Below, one piece after another: positions 17,480 through 26,827 of a stretch of DNA of 64,000 nucleotides. The stretch lies in assembly GCA_041738235.1 (NCBI GenBank), contig JBGSQF010000013.1, forward strand, positions 321,899 through 385,898. The letters are read 5' to 3'. How positions within the stretch are numbered: position 1 is the first letter of the stretch; each line of letters starts with the position of its first letter. A model generated the notes under the pieces. That model was not told the DNA's origin. It made no database searches and saw only the letters and a program-made list of their open reading frames with translations. The DNA comes from Minisyncoccia bacterium (GTDB lineage Bacteria; Patescibacteriota; Minisyncoccia; Moranbacterales; GCA-2747515). Position numbers and translations under genes: made by a program.

Positions 17480-18142
17480 TCAAGACACCGCCACCTCACT
17501 CACGGCATTCTTAAACTCATCATAGATCGTCCTCAATTCCGAAATGTCCACATGCGAACTATAAGAAATGATCTCCATACGGATCCCTATAAGACGATCC
17601 TTGAATTTCTCACTGGACTCTCCTCGCTCAGTTGATTGCACGTAAGCCACATACACATCGCGAAGATACGTAATGAACGAAACGCATTCCTCTTTGTCCG
17701 TATACTTTGCTAAAAGCATCCGAGCTACCTCGTCCACCCGATCCACACCTCCACTAGACACCTTAAAATCCTCGTATATCTCTCGAGCAAGAGTTTTATC
17801 CATCTTTCCAACACTCAAAGATTCCTCAATATGATTTCTAGCCAATTCCTCGCGAATCTGCTCGTTGGTCCAATGCTTGATCTTTCCTTTCACAAAAACT
17901 TTTTCTGCAGATCGCATCATATCTATATACCCTACCAGATATGGGTTGGTCTCATATTTTCTCATAAGATGAAGGGAGACATCCTCAATATGTTGCCAAC
18001 GGCGATGTATCTCTGACTCCTGTCGATATTCCACCTCAAAGTTCTCGTACGGATTTCTCCCCACCATCGTTTGACCTGTGGCACCTTTTTGTTTTGAATT
18101 TTTTTGAAACCAGAGCATACGAAGAATATAATATGTCGTCAC
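17480..18142 (-). CDS. hypothetical protein (220 aa)
   Basis: Long ORF with protein-like composition and no recognisable motif. Confidence 0.5.
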   Translation of the reverse strand: MTTYYILRMLWFQKNSKQKGATGQTMVGRNPYENFEVEYRQESEIHRRWQHIEDVSLHLMRKYETNPYLVGYIDMMRSAEKVFVKGKIKHWTNEQIREELARNHIEESLSVGKMDKTLAREIYEDFKVSSGGVDRVDEVARMLLAKYTDKEECVSFITYLRDVYVAYVQSTERGESSEKFKDRLIGIRMEIISYSSHVDISELRTIYDEFKNAVSEVAVS

Positions 18143-18253
18143 TCCTTACAGATACAATACGCCCCTCCGAAAAAACCTGAGATCAACTCACCACAATGAT
18201 GTACTCTTTACTATAGTATACCACACATGAAGAGCTTGCGCTTTTTTCACAAC

Positions 18254-20263
18254 CTACACATCGAGGTTTTTCACCGATTTGGCATGCATTTGTATGAATC
18301 GTCTCCGTGGTTCCACATCCTTTCCCATCAGAACATCGAACATCTTTTCCGCCGCCTCCGCATCCTCGATGCATACTTTGTACATTAATCGATTCTCCGG
18401 ATCCATCGTCGTCTCCCAAAGCAGTTCCGGATTCATCTCTCCTAATCCCTTATACCGCTGTATCACTATTGAACCTTTTTGCTCCGTTTTTGCCAAAACA
18501 TTCCCATCGCCCACCTCTTCTTGTGGGGACTCTTCTTGAGATACTTCCTCTACCACAACACCCATCCTTTTGAGAAGCGCATCTTTTTCTTGATCCGTAT
18601 ACACATATGTTGTTTTTTTGCCTCTTTTTATTCCATACAAGGGTGGTTGTGCAATATAGATATATCCCCCACGAACCAGATCCTCAAAGTATCGGTAAAA
18701 GAATGTGAGCAACAATGTTCTAATGTGTGATCCATCGACGTCAGCGTCTGCCATAATGATGATCTTGTGATAACGCAACTTCTCAATATTAAAACTATCT
18801 CCAATGCCGGCTCCCAGAGCGATAATGATCGGTTTGAGCGTATCAGACTTCACCACTTTATCGAGTGTTGTTTTTTCCACATTCACCATCTTTCCTCGAA
18901 GTGGAAGTATCGCTTGATACATACGATCTCGCCCTTGTTTAGCCGACCCACCAGCCGAGTCTCCCTCTACAATATAGAGTTCCGCGTTTTCCGCCTTTCT
19001 CGTCGTACAATCAGCAAGTTTGCCGGGAAGCGTCATCCCTTCCAATACCCCCTTGCGAAGCACAGCGTCTTTTGCGGCTCGCGCGGCAATACGAGCTCGA
19101 ACAGTGAGTAGGCACTTCTCCAAAATAAGTTTTGCATCACTGGGATTTGCTTCCAGATACTCCGCAAGTTCCTTGGATACAACCCCTGCCACAGCCGTTC
19201 TTGCTTCGCTACTGCCCAGCTTTGCCTTTGTCTGACCTTCAAACTGAGGATCGGGAAGTTTAACGCTGACCACCGCCGTCAACCCCTCCGCCAGATCATC
19301 AGAAGTGAACGTTCCTTCTTTCTCTTTCAAGAAGTTGTGCTTCTTTGCATAGTCATTCAGAACACGCGTGAGCGCTGATTTGAATCCCGTAATATGCATA
19401 CCTCCTTCCGGGGTATGAATATTATTCGCAAATGCATACAAATGCTCCTTAAAACTATCCGTATACTGCAACGCTACTTCCACCATTACCTCCCCAGACT
19501 GTTTCTGTATGAATATAGGACGCTTATTTTTCACATCCAAAGAACGGTTGAGATAATCAACAAACGAAATAATCCCGGCGTCAAAATAGAAGGCATACTG
19601 TATCGGAGGTTCCACCTCTCCTGCACGTAGATCCTCCAAGGTGATCCGAACCCCCTTCGTCAAATAAGCTTGCCATCTTGTATAATCCAATATTTTTTTC
19701 CAATTGAACTCGATCTCCGGAAATATCTGAGGATCAGGACGAAAAGATACCTTTGTCCCTGTTTCCTTTGATGTACCGATCGCACGGACATCTTTCTTTG
19801 GTTTTCCTCTTTCATACTCTTGCATCCAAACCTTTCCATCTCTTTGAACCTCAACTTTCGTCCACTCAGAAAGAGCGTTTACCACAGAAACTCCCACGCC
19901 GTGCAACCCCCCCGACATCTTATATCCACCACCACCAAATTTTCCTCCAGCATGGAGGATCGTCAACACGGTTTCCAGTGTCGACTTTTTTGTTTGAGGA
20001 TGCTTCTCTACCGGGATACCGCGACCATTGTCTGCTATTTCGACCGTATTATTAGGAAGCAAGCGAATACGAATAGAATCACAATATCCTGCCATTGCCT
20101 CATCGATCGAGTTATTGACCACCTCCCAGATCAAATGATGAAGCCCTTCAAGCGATGTTCCCCCGATGTACATACCGGGACGCTTCCTCACCGGGTCCAA
20201 TCCTTCTAGGACCTGTATCGATTTGGCTCCATAAGAAGATTTTTCATTTTTCTCTTGTATCAT
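18254..20263 (-). CDS. gyrB: DNA gyrase subunit B
   Basis: GHKL ATPase N-terminus (LEGLDPVRKRPGMYIGGT...HLIWEVVNNSIDEA), TOPRIM domain (EGDSAGG), C-terminal GyrB tail. Confidence 0.9.
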   Translation of the reverse strand: MIQEKNEKSSYGAKSIQVLEGLDPVRKRPGMYIGGTSLEGLHHLIWEVVNNSIDEAMAGYCDSIRIRLLPNNTVEIADNGRGIPVEKHPQTKKSTLETVLTILHAGGKFGGGGYKMSGGLHGVGVSVVNALSEWTKVEVQRDGKVWMQEYERGKPKKDVRAIGTSKETGTKVSFRPDPQIFPEIEFNWKKILDYTRWQAYLTKGVRITLEDLRAGEVEPPIQYAFYFDAGIISFVDYLNRSLDVKNKRPIFIQKQSGEVMVEVALQYTDSFKEHLYAFANNIHTPEGGMHITGFKSALTRVLNDYAKKHNFLKEKEGTFTSDDLAEGLTAVVSVKLPDPQFEGQTKAKLGSSEARTAVAGVVSKELAEYLEANPSDAKLILEKCLLTVRARIAARAAKDAVLRKGVLEGMTLPGKLADCTTRKAENAELYIVEGDSAGGSAKQGRDRMYQAILPLRGKMVNVEKTTLDKVVKSDTLKPIIIALGAGIGDSFNIEKLRYHKIIIMADADVDGSHIRTLLLTFFYRYFEDLVRGGYIYIAQPPLYGIKRGKKTTYVYTDQEKDALLKRMGVVVEEVSQEESPQEEVGDGNVLAKTEQKGSIVIQRYKGLGEMNPELLWETTMDPENRLMYKVCIEDAEAAEKMFDVLMGKDVEPRRRFIQMHAKSVKNLDV

Positions 20264-20282
20264 ACGATTTCATTTAACCAAC

Positions 20283-20693
20283 TTATTCTTTCCTCCTCTC
20301 TTTTCCCGCAGAGAGCACAATAAACATTCCTTCCAAAAAAATAAACAACAATCCCAATAAGATCAAGACCCACCACACAAGAACCCGAAAACTCTGCAAT
20401 ATCAACATAACTACTACGAGTCCGCCCAACAATATTCCTTCACGAAAACCTGCTGATATCTTTTCTGATGGCCCCTCCGATCCCATAGACCGCATACGAA
20501 GCCAAAGCAACGCCAAAACACAGATCCCCGAAACGAGAAAGAAGACACTTCCATAGAAAAGGAGCTGCCCAACCAAACCCGATATAGTAGGATCTACCCA
20601 AAATAAAACGGTCGAAAAAACGATAAAAGAAAATATAACCTCCAAAACTATCACCAAAAAAAGCAGTCGGAAGCCCATATGCTCAAATTTCAA
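20283..20693 (-). CDS. polytopic small membrane protein (hypothetical; possible T4SS-associated)
   Basis: 136 aa, about four TM helices, immediately downstream of the T4SS ATPase gene. Confidence 0.45.
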   Translation of the reverse strand: MKFEHMGFRLLFLVIVLEVIFSFIVFSTVLFWVDPTISGLVGQLLFYGSVFFLVSGICVLALLWLRMRSMGSEGPSEKISAGFREGILLGGLVVVMLILQSFRVLVWWVLILLGLLFIFLEGMFIVLSAGKERRKE

Positions 20694-20828
20694 AAAAAAC
20701 TATAAGGGTATCATTTAGCACCCCTTTCTCTTCTAATATACTCCTATTTCACCCCCCTGGCAATATGCCGAAAGGACATCCTCAGATGTCCCCGTCCTCA
20801 AAAACGTTCCGTATAAAGCATTTTTCTA

Positions 20829-23348
20829 TCATGGAAACTTTGGAAATGCTGGGGGTGGCGAGGGAGCATTTGCCCGATTAAGACGATCTTCTATCTCTTT
20901 TTTTACAACATCCTTGTCTCGACCATAGCGCAAGCGAGACAATTCTTTTACTATCTCCACCTGTTCAGGTCGACCCTCTTTTGGTATATAGGTTTTCATA
21001 TTAAAAGGTTTTGTAGATTCATTGTTCATAAGTGCTCGCACAAAACAACTGTAATTATCAGCGTTCACCAGATCGTTGGCGGTAAATATCGGTTCAAATT
21101 GCTTTTCCAAGAATTCTGCATCTTCTGGTCCCACGCGAAATGCCGCCATTGATCCCACGTTCCCAAAGACCGCTTTAGAAATTTCCTCAGAAAGTTGTCC
21201 AATGAATTGATGTGCGATCGTCAGGTCCAAACGATACTTTCTCGCTTCTGAGAGGATCTGTGAAATAGAATCGGTTGTCACATTCTGAAACTCATCAATG
21301 TACAAATAAAAGTCACGACGTGTTGCCTCCGGCATATCTACACGCGACAATGCTGCCATCAACAATTTTCCGACTATCACCATACCAAGCAGATAACTGT
21401 TTGTTTCACCGATCTTTCCCTTGGAGAGATTGATAAGCAAGATCTTTCCTTCGTCCATAACCTTCCGAAAATCGATCGTGCTGACTTGCTGCGAAATGAT
21501 AGGTCGCATCATATCGTTAGCGATAAATTGCGTAAGTTTTGAAGTGATATAGGGTACCATATTGGCAAGCGATGCCTCTCCCCCAGCCTTCTCGGCCTCC
21601 TTCTGCCAAAAGTCCTTTACAATAGGATTCCCACACTTTGTAAGTTTATAACGACGAAATTGGTCGTCGGCGAGCACCTTTGGGATCTCCATTAACGTCG
21701 ACCCCGATTCCGGATCTTCCATAACCAAGAGCATGGCATTTCGCATATATTGCTCAAACATCGGACCCCCCGTTTGTTTGAGATCGTACAGCTTGTCAAA
21801 GATATTGATCATCTCATTGATCACGAAAGTTTTCTCCTCCGGACGATGGTACTCGAGCATATTAAGCCCAAAGGGGCGTTCAATGTCCGAGGGATCAAAA
21901 TGTACAACATCTTCCAAACGTTCTGCGGGGATCGATGCAAGGAGTGACTCAATGGCATCCCCGTGCGGATCGATAAAACACATTCCTTTACCATTGGCGA
22001 TATCCTGTTTTGCCAAACCCTCAAGAAAAACAGATTTACCAACACCTGTCTGTCCGATCACATACAAGTGTCGCCGTCGGTCTGAGTCGGAAAGGCGAAT
22101 ATCCGTCTTTGTGCCACGATAATCATTAAAGCCAAGTGCAAGCCCTTCTTTTGGAATGTTGGTAGGAGGAGGAGCAGCACCTGCCTTAAGCCATTTGATC
22201 TTTGGCGTTTGCGTCGTGGATATAGGAAAGTGAAACATACCCGCCAACTCTTCCACGCCCAAAACAACACTATTCCCCTTATTGAAAGTCCTCATTATAT
22301 AGTCAAACACTACGGCTTTCTTTTGGATCCTCTTTTTGACAACGAGATAATTAATATCAGCACGCTCAAACTGCCCAAAGGCATTTTCCATCTGTCCGAG
22401 TATTTGATCCGCCCGTTGGCGAGTCTTCGCCGAGGCAAGAAGACGAATATTCACAAAAAAAGCTCCTTTTCTCGTTTTTTGCTCAATGGCTTTTACAAGT
22501 TCCTGCTCATCAGGGGTCAACTGTATCGGATCCTTTTCCGACGGCATTTTTCGCTCTTGATCCTTACGCTTTCCTCCACCAGAGGCAACCACATCCAAAA
22601 AACCCTTACCCACCCCACCTGCAACATCTTTAATGATCGATTTACGAACATCCTTGAGCTGTTTTCCCTGTTGCATCTTATGAGCGATATTTCTCCCGGT
22701 ACTTCGCCATCCATCCCCTGCCGGCACGAGAAGGAATTGAATAGCCGCCCCTTCCTCTATCGTCTCAAGTCGACTAAGCGCATTACTGATCTCATTCATC
22801 GGATCGACGTCCATCTCCTCGTACGTCAGTAGCGGCAACGCAGATGAACCCTTGAGCGTGAGAGCAGAAACAGCGTGTTCGGAATCTGAGGTAAAGATCG
22901 TATAGTCGGAAGTTTGTTCGATAAGCGCATCTGGAAAAAAACTGTGGATCTGCTTCTCTATCGCCTCGCGGTATCGCCTTGGAAAAGAAACATAAAAAAA
23001 TATCTCCTCACTATTCGACGGATTCGCCATTTCCAGAGAGAACGTTGCGTCCCCCATTGGATTTCCAAACATAGAATGGCGTTTCTTTAGCCCTGCGAGC
23101 GAAGCGAGTAGTTGTTCCATTGCTCCTATTTCTTCTTTCCACTGTTCAGGATTGCCTCCAGTCTCCCCCTGTTTCTTGCCCCCTCCAAGAGTAACTCGAA
23201 CGACCTCCAGATCCATATTCAAAGACGCCTGTACCTTTCGACGAAAGACCACGATAGATTGAAAAAGAAAAACACCGCCACTTATAAATGCTGCTATCCC
23301 AGCAATAAGTATCAGTGAAAGAAACAAAAGCTGAATTGGATCTGTCAT
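20829..23348 (-). CDS. type IV secretion/conjugation-type ATPase (VirB4/TrbE-like or VirD4/TraG-like), 839 aa
   Basis: N-terminal TM helix and a ~400-aa N-domain. Walker A LYVIGQTGVGKS followed by IDPHGD, Walker B YLYIDEFQNV, motif RKYRLDLTIAHQFIGQL. Confidence 0.6.
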   Translation of the reverse strand: MTDPIQLLFLSLILIAGIAAFISGGVFLFQSIVVFRRKVQASLNMDLEVVRVTLGGGKKQGETGGNPEQWKEEIGAMEQLLASLAGLKKRHSMFGNPMGDATFSLEMANPSNSEEIFFYVSFPRRYREAIEKQIHSFFPDALIEQTSDYTIFTSDSEHAVSALTLKGSSALPLLTYEEMDVDPMNEISNALSRLETIEEGAAIQFLLVPAGDGWRSTGRNIAHKMQQGKQLKDVRKSIIKDVAGGVGKGFLDVVASGGGKRKDQERKMPSEKDPIQLTPDEQELVKAIEQKTRKGAFFVNIRLLASAKTRQRADQILGQMENAFGQFERADINYLVVKKRIQKKAVVFDYIMRTFNKGNSVVLGVEELAGMFHFPISTTQTPKIKWLKAGAAPPPTNIPKEGLALGFNDYRGTKTDIRLSDSDRRRHLYVIGQTGVGKSVFLEGLAKQDIANGKGMCFIDPHGDAIESLLASIPAERLEDVVHFDPSDIERPFGLNMLEYHRPEEKTFVINEMINIFDKLYDLKQTGGPMFEQYMRNAMLLVMEDPESGSTLMEIPKVLADDQFRRYKLTKCGNPIVKDFWQKEAEKAGGEASLANMVPYITSKLTQFIANDMMRPIISQQVSTIDFRKVMDEGKILLINLSKGKIGETNSYLLGMVIVGKLLMAALSRVDMPEATRRDFYLYIDEFQNVTTDSISQILSEARKYRLDLTIAHQFIGQLSEEISKAVFGNVGSMAAFRVGPEDAEFLEKQFEPIFTANDLVNADNYSCFVRALMNNESTKPFNMKTYIPKEGRPEQVEIVKELSRLRYGRDKDVVKKEIEDRLNRANAPSPPPAFPKFP

Positions 23349-23389
23349 AGATAGAAAAACTCAATAAAGATAAAAAGGGGGAATAACAT

Positions 23390-23824
23390 CTAACCTTCCT
23401 CTTTTAGCAATCCTTTCGAAACCAGTTCCTGATACAGTTTATGCGATAATTGATCGTGTAACATATCCAAAGCATACATATCATCCAGCTCGATCGCCAC
23501 CTTAAAAGCATGTTCCGGACCCTTCTCCATAGCAATATTCACCAACTTTTGGATGCGCGTCTCCTCATCCACAGAAGAGACACTCGACACATCATTACTC
23601 ACCGAAGAGTGGATTTGTCCCGAAGAACTTTGTGCTTGCGATCTTACACGCTCCAAAACCTTTTCATACGAATTCTCCTTCGCCACTTCCGGAGCTTGCT
23701 CTAAAACACTTTCAGGTGAGCGGTCTCGCTCCGCAACACCCGCTGACCCACCTTCTAGATCGACAGGTGCTTCCTGAGTAGCACCCCTCTCTTCTTCGAT
23801 CGGCTCAAGATTATATACAGCCAT
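23390..23824 (-). CDS. acidic hypothetical protein (144 aa)
   Basis: ORF upstream of the T4SS ATPase on the same strand. Highly acidic. Confidence 0.4.
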   Translation of the reverse strand: MAVYNLEPIEEERGATQEAPVDLEGGSAGVAERDRSPESVLEQAPEVAKENSYEKVLERVRSQAQSSSGQIHSSVSNDVSSVSSVDEETRIQKLVNIAMEKGPEHAFKVAIELDDMYALDMLHDQLSHKLYQELVSKGLLKEEG

Positions 23825-23856
23825 ACATAAGAACGTTATCTAATTAACACCCACGA

Positions 23857-25560
23857 CTACCCCTTACCAACCACACTTAGTACCCATTCCAACTTTCCCT
23901 TTCCTGCGCGATGTACTGCTATTGTCAGCCAACGAGCAGCATCCTCCCTATTTTTTGCATTCCACATTTCGGCAAATTTCTTTCCTTCGATCTTGAGTCC
24001 AACTCCATAGCTTTTTGCAGCCAAAATATATCGTCCCCAACGCAGTTGTCGCGTTCGATCCTTTTCAGCTTCGCTCATCTTTTCTTCATGCATTATGCTA
24101 CCCCCCAAATACGCCATCATCTTTTCTTGAGCTGCAATAAGTTTCTGCTGCTCACCAGGCGACACCGTTTCTAAGTAGGTCTCCCAATACGCCTTTGGGT
24201 CCCCCTTCATCACCTTAGAAAACTCCTCTCCCTTCCATTGAGCCTTCTTTGAAGGCGCTTCTGACATCGCGCTCTTACTTGCAGGAGTGGCCACAACCTC
24301 TTTGCTCACAGTGTCAGATACCGGTTCTGCTTCACCTGTTTTTCCGTCCCATCCCAATTTTTTGGATATCCCATCAAGTACATCTTGTCCATCAGCCAAA
24401 ATATCCTCCGTACTTTGTATATCTATCGTATCCTGCAGGTCATTCAGGTATCGATCTTCAATTGCCTCGACAGCCTTCTTTTCTTCCTTTTTTCCTTTTT
24501 CCATAAAATCTTTCTCATCCTCCTCTGCCTCTTCCCAGGCGATCTCCAGTTCTTGAGCCTTATCGCGTAGACTGTCATAACTCACCTGAGCAGCATTGAT
24601 CTCCTCCTTGAAAGCACCAAGGTCTACACCTTCATACTCGACACGACCGACTGAAGCCGCTATAGCCTTGGGAAACAACCGCTTGATCCTCGCAAAAAAA
24701 CCATCTCTTTTTTTGATCAAATTTTGCAGTGCTTGTTCCGCTTCACCGGCTTTTTCCCTTGCTGCCTCCCATTCTTCCTTTGCTGCCACGGTCTTACGTT
24801 GAAACTCCATAAACTGCTCTTGTTTCCCCTGAACGCCCTCCTCCGCCTCCTTCGCCACATGGTCGGAAACATGTTCACCACCTTCTTCTACCGATCCCTG
24901 CACTAGAACTGGCCCCTTTTGGTTTTGCAGCTCTCGTATTCTGTCTTCACTACTTAAAACGATATTTTCGATCCCCTGACCTTTTTTACTATCAACTCCC
25001 TGCTGCACCTGCTTATTCAACTCATCAATTCTTCTCTTGAGCGCCTCGATCTCTTCTTGTGGGGAAGGTTGAACAACAGCTGACCCCAACTCCTCATCAG
25101 CATCAACTGTCATATCTGGATCAGAGTTTACCGAAGACGCGCTCTGTTCCGCTTCCACAGGTGGGTCGGATTCGATCGCACCCGTCTCCGCGTCCTTTTT
25201 ATCTTCAGGAGGAGTAACTTCCGGATATATCTGAAACTTTTCTTCCACTTCGTTGAGAAAAAATGGAATAGGCTGTGTTTTGATTCCACTCGCTTTTATA
25301 GTAACGATCCCCCCCACATTTTTGTTGCGAAGCGAGGTCCAACGGATCGACCTTATCGCGCAGGGAGTTCCATTATATATGAACTGCAATCGACCAGACC
25401 GCATCAAGTCCTCAACAGAACCAACTTTTTCGACCGAATCTCCTTTCGCAACCCCACGCAGTCTAGCCAGGATCTTTTGTTCAAAAACATCCCTGGCTTC
25501 GGTGATCTTTGGGTCTTCTTTCTTAACTGAATCTGCGGGATCAGTTCTCCTTCTCGACAT
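23857..25560 (-). CDS. coiled-coil, Glu/Lys-rich hypothetical protein (567 aa)
   Basis: Long ORF with extensive predicted coiled coil. Possible T4SS-associated scaffold. Confidence 0.5.
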   Translation of the reverse strand: MSRRRTDPADSVKKEDPKITEARDVFEQKILARLRGVAKGDSVEKVGSVEDLMRSGRLQFIYNGTPCAIRSIRWTSLRNKNVGGIVTIKASGIKTQPIPFFLNEVEEKFQIYPEVTPPEDKKDAETGAIESDPPVEAEQSASSVNSDPDMTVDADEELGSAVVQPSPQEEIEALKRRIDELNKQVQQGVDSKKGQGIENIVLSSEDRIRELQNQKGPVLVQGSVEEGGEHVSDHVAKEAEEGVQGKQEQFMEFQRKTVAAKEEWEAAREKAGEAEQALQNLIKKRDGFFARIKRLFPKAIAASVGRVEYEGVDLGAFKEEINAAQVSYDSLRDKAQELEIAWEEAEEDEKDFMEKGKKEEKKAVEAIEDRYLNDLQDTIDIQSTEDILADGQDVLDGISKKLGWDGKTGEAEPVSDTVSKEVVATPASKSAMSEAPSKKAQWKGEEFSKVMKGDPKAYWETYLETVSPGEQQKLIAAQEKMMAYLGGSIMHEEKMSEAEKDRTRQLRWGRYILAAKSYGVGLKIEGKKFAEMWNAKNREDAARWLTIAVHRAGKGKLEWVLSVVGKG

Positions 25561-25728
25561 ATCTTTTTATTTTACAAAATGTAATTGAAGTATACCATAG
25601 ATCACGCTCTGTGCACAGAATACCCGTCCCCAAACCCTTTGAAGAAATTACTCTCTACAACTTGCTCTTAACATACATATATGTTACCATTCCCAGTCCC
25701 CTAAAAATATTTATAATACCCCTATTAT

Positions 25729-26808
25729 ATGAAAAAATATCTCATTATCGGCATTACTTTGATCATCGTCGTTGTGGTTGTCTTTTTTGGATTTCAAACC
25801 AGAAAGAATTCCGAACTGCAAACATCGGAAGATGCACCCACCGCAAGTCCACTATCAGTTCAAACGCTCTCATTCGCCAAAGCAAAAACATCTTCCTCAG
25901 AGCGGTCATTCCCCACAACTATAACCATGGAAGGAGAGGCAACGATCATCGCTGAGGTTCCCGGAACGATCATCGCTGATACTGTTTCTCTTGGATCTCG
26001 AGTTGGCGTGGGACAAACTCTCTATAAGATCGATGAGCGTGGAGGATCGATATACTCCGAAACAGGTTTCGAGAGCACGGCTCTTTTACAAGCTAAACTT
26101 GCTCTTAAAAATGCTGAGGAGTCTTACGGTCAAGCCAAACGTGATTACGAAAAAAATGAGAGTCAGGCAATGAAGACTGCACGCGACATCCAAAAAAACC
26201 TCCGCGACATTGCTCTATCCAATTACAACGCTCTACTCGATAAATACACTATAAAAAGCCCTCTCTCCGGTACCGTAACTATGGAATCTGCTGCTCTCGG
26301 GGACAGTGTCACTCCTGGAACAGTCCTAGCAACCATAGGCGCTGGAAAAAAGATCGCTCGTTTTTACGTCCCTGCAAATGATCTTTCTCTTTTCTCTACT
26401 GGACAACCGGTATCTCTCCTCGCCAACAATACTTCGATCCCTGGATCTATTCGCCGAATCTCTCCTATTGCCGACGACGCCAGCAAGCGTTTTCTTATTG
26501 AAGCTGTCAGCACAGATAAAACTTTCCAAACGCTTCCCTCCGGAACGATCGCAACACTTGCCATTACGCTCACACGATCTGCTCAGAAAGACGCCGTACT
26601 CATTCCCCTTTCAGCTCTCCTTCAAGAGCAGAACGGGAGTTTTGTCTTTGTGGTAGAAGATGGCCACGCCAAACGCCAAGAAGTCGATATCAACGCCATA
26701 TACGGAGAAACAGTAGAAATATCTGGGGACTTCAACACAGATACACAATTCATAGTGACCAATGCCAAACGACTTTCCGACGGAACAGCCGTTGCTATTG
26801 AAAAATAA
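25729..26808 (+). CDS. efflux RND transporter periplasmic adaptor (membrane fusion protein, HlyD family)
   Basis: N-terminal TM, then a lipoyl-like/alpha-hairpin/beta-barrel architecture. Followed 19 nt later by the RND permease gene. Confidence 0.75.
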   Translation: MKKYLIIGITLIIVVVVVFFGFQTRKNSELQTSEDAPTASPLSVQTLSFAKAKTSSSERSFPTTITMEGEATIIAEVPGTIIADTVSLGSRVGVGQTLYKIDERGGSIYSETGFESTALLQAKLALKNAEESYGQAKRDYEKNESQAMKTARDIQKNLRDIALSNYNALLDKYTIKSPLSGTVTMESAALGDSVTPGTVLATIGAGKKIARFYVPANDLSLFSTGQPVSLLANNTSIPGSIRRISPIADDASKRFLIEAVSTDKTFQTLPSGTIATLAITLTRSAQKDAVLIPLSALLQEQNGSFVFVVEDGHAKRQEVDINAIYGETVEISGDFNTDTQFIVTNAKRLSDGTAVAIEK

Positions 26809-26827
26809 ACATACCCTATAACAGCCT

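Noticed and set aside
18183-18419. 78-aa Cys-rich ORF (CxxC pairs) at the 3' end of gyrB, minus strand
   Set aside because: Overlaps the last 165 nt of gyrB in another frame and has no RBS. Its composition is explained by reading the gyrB tail out of frame.
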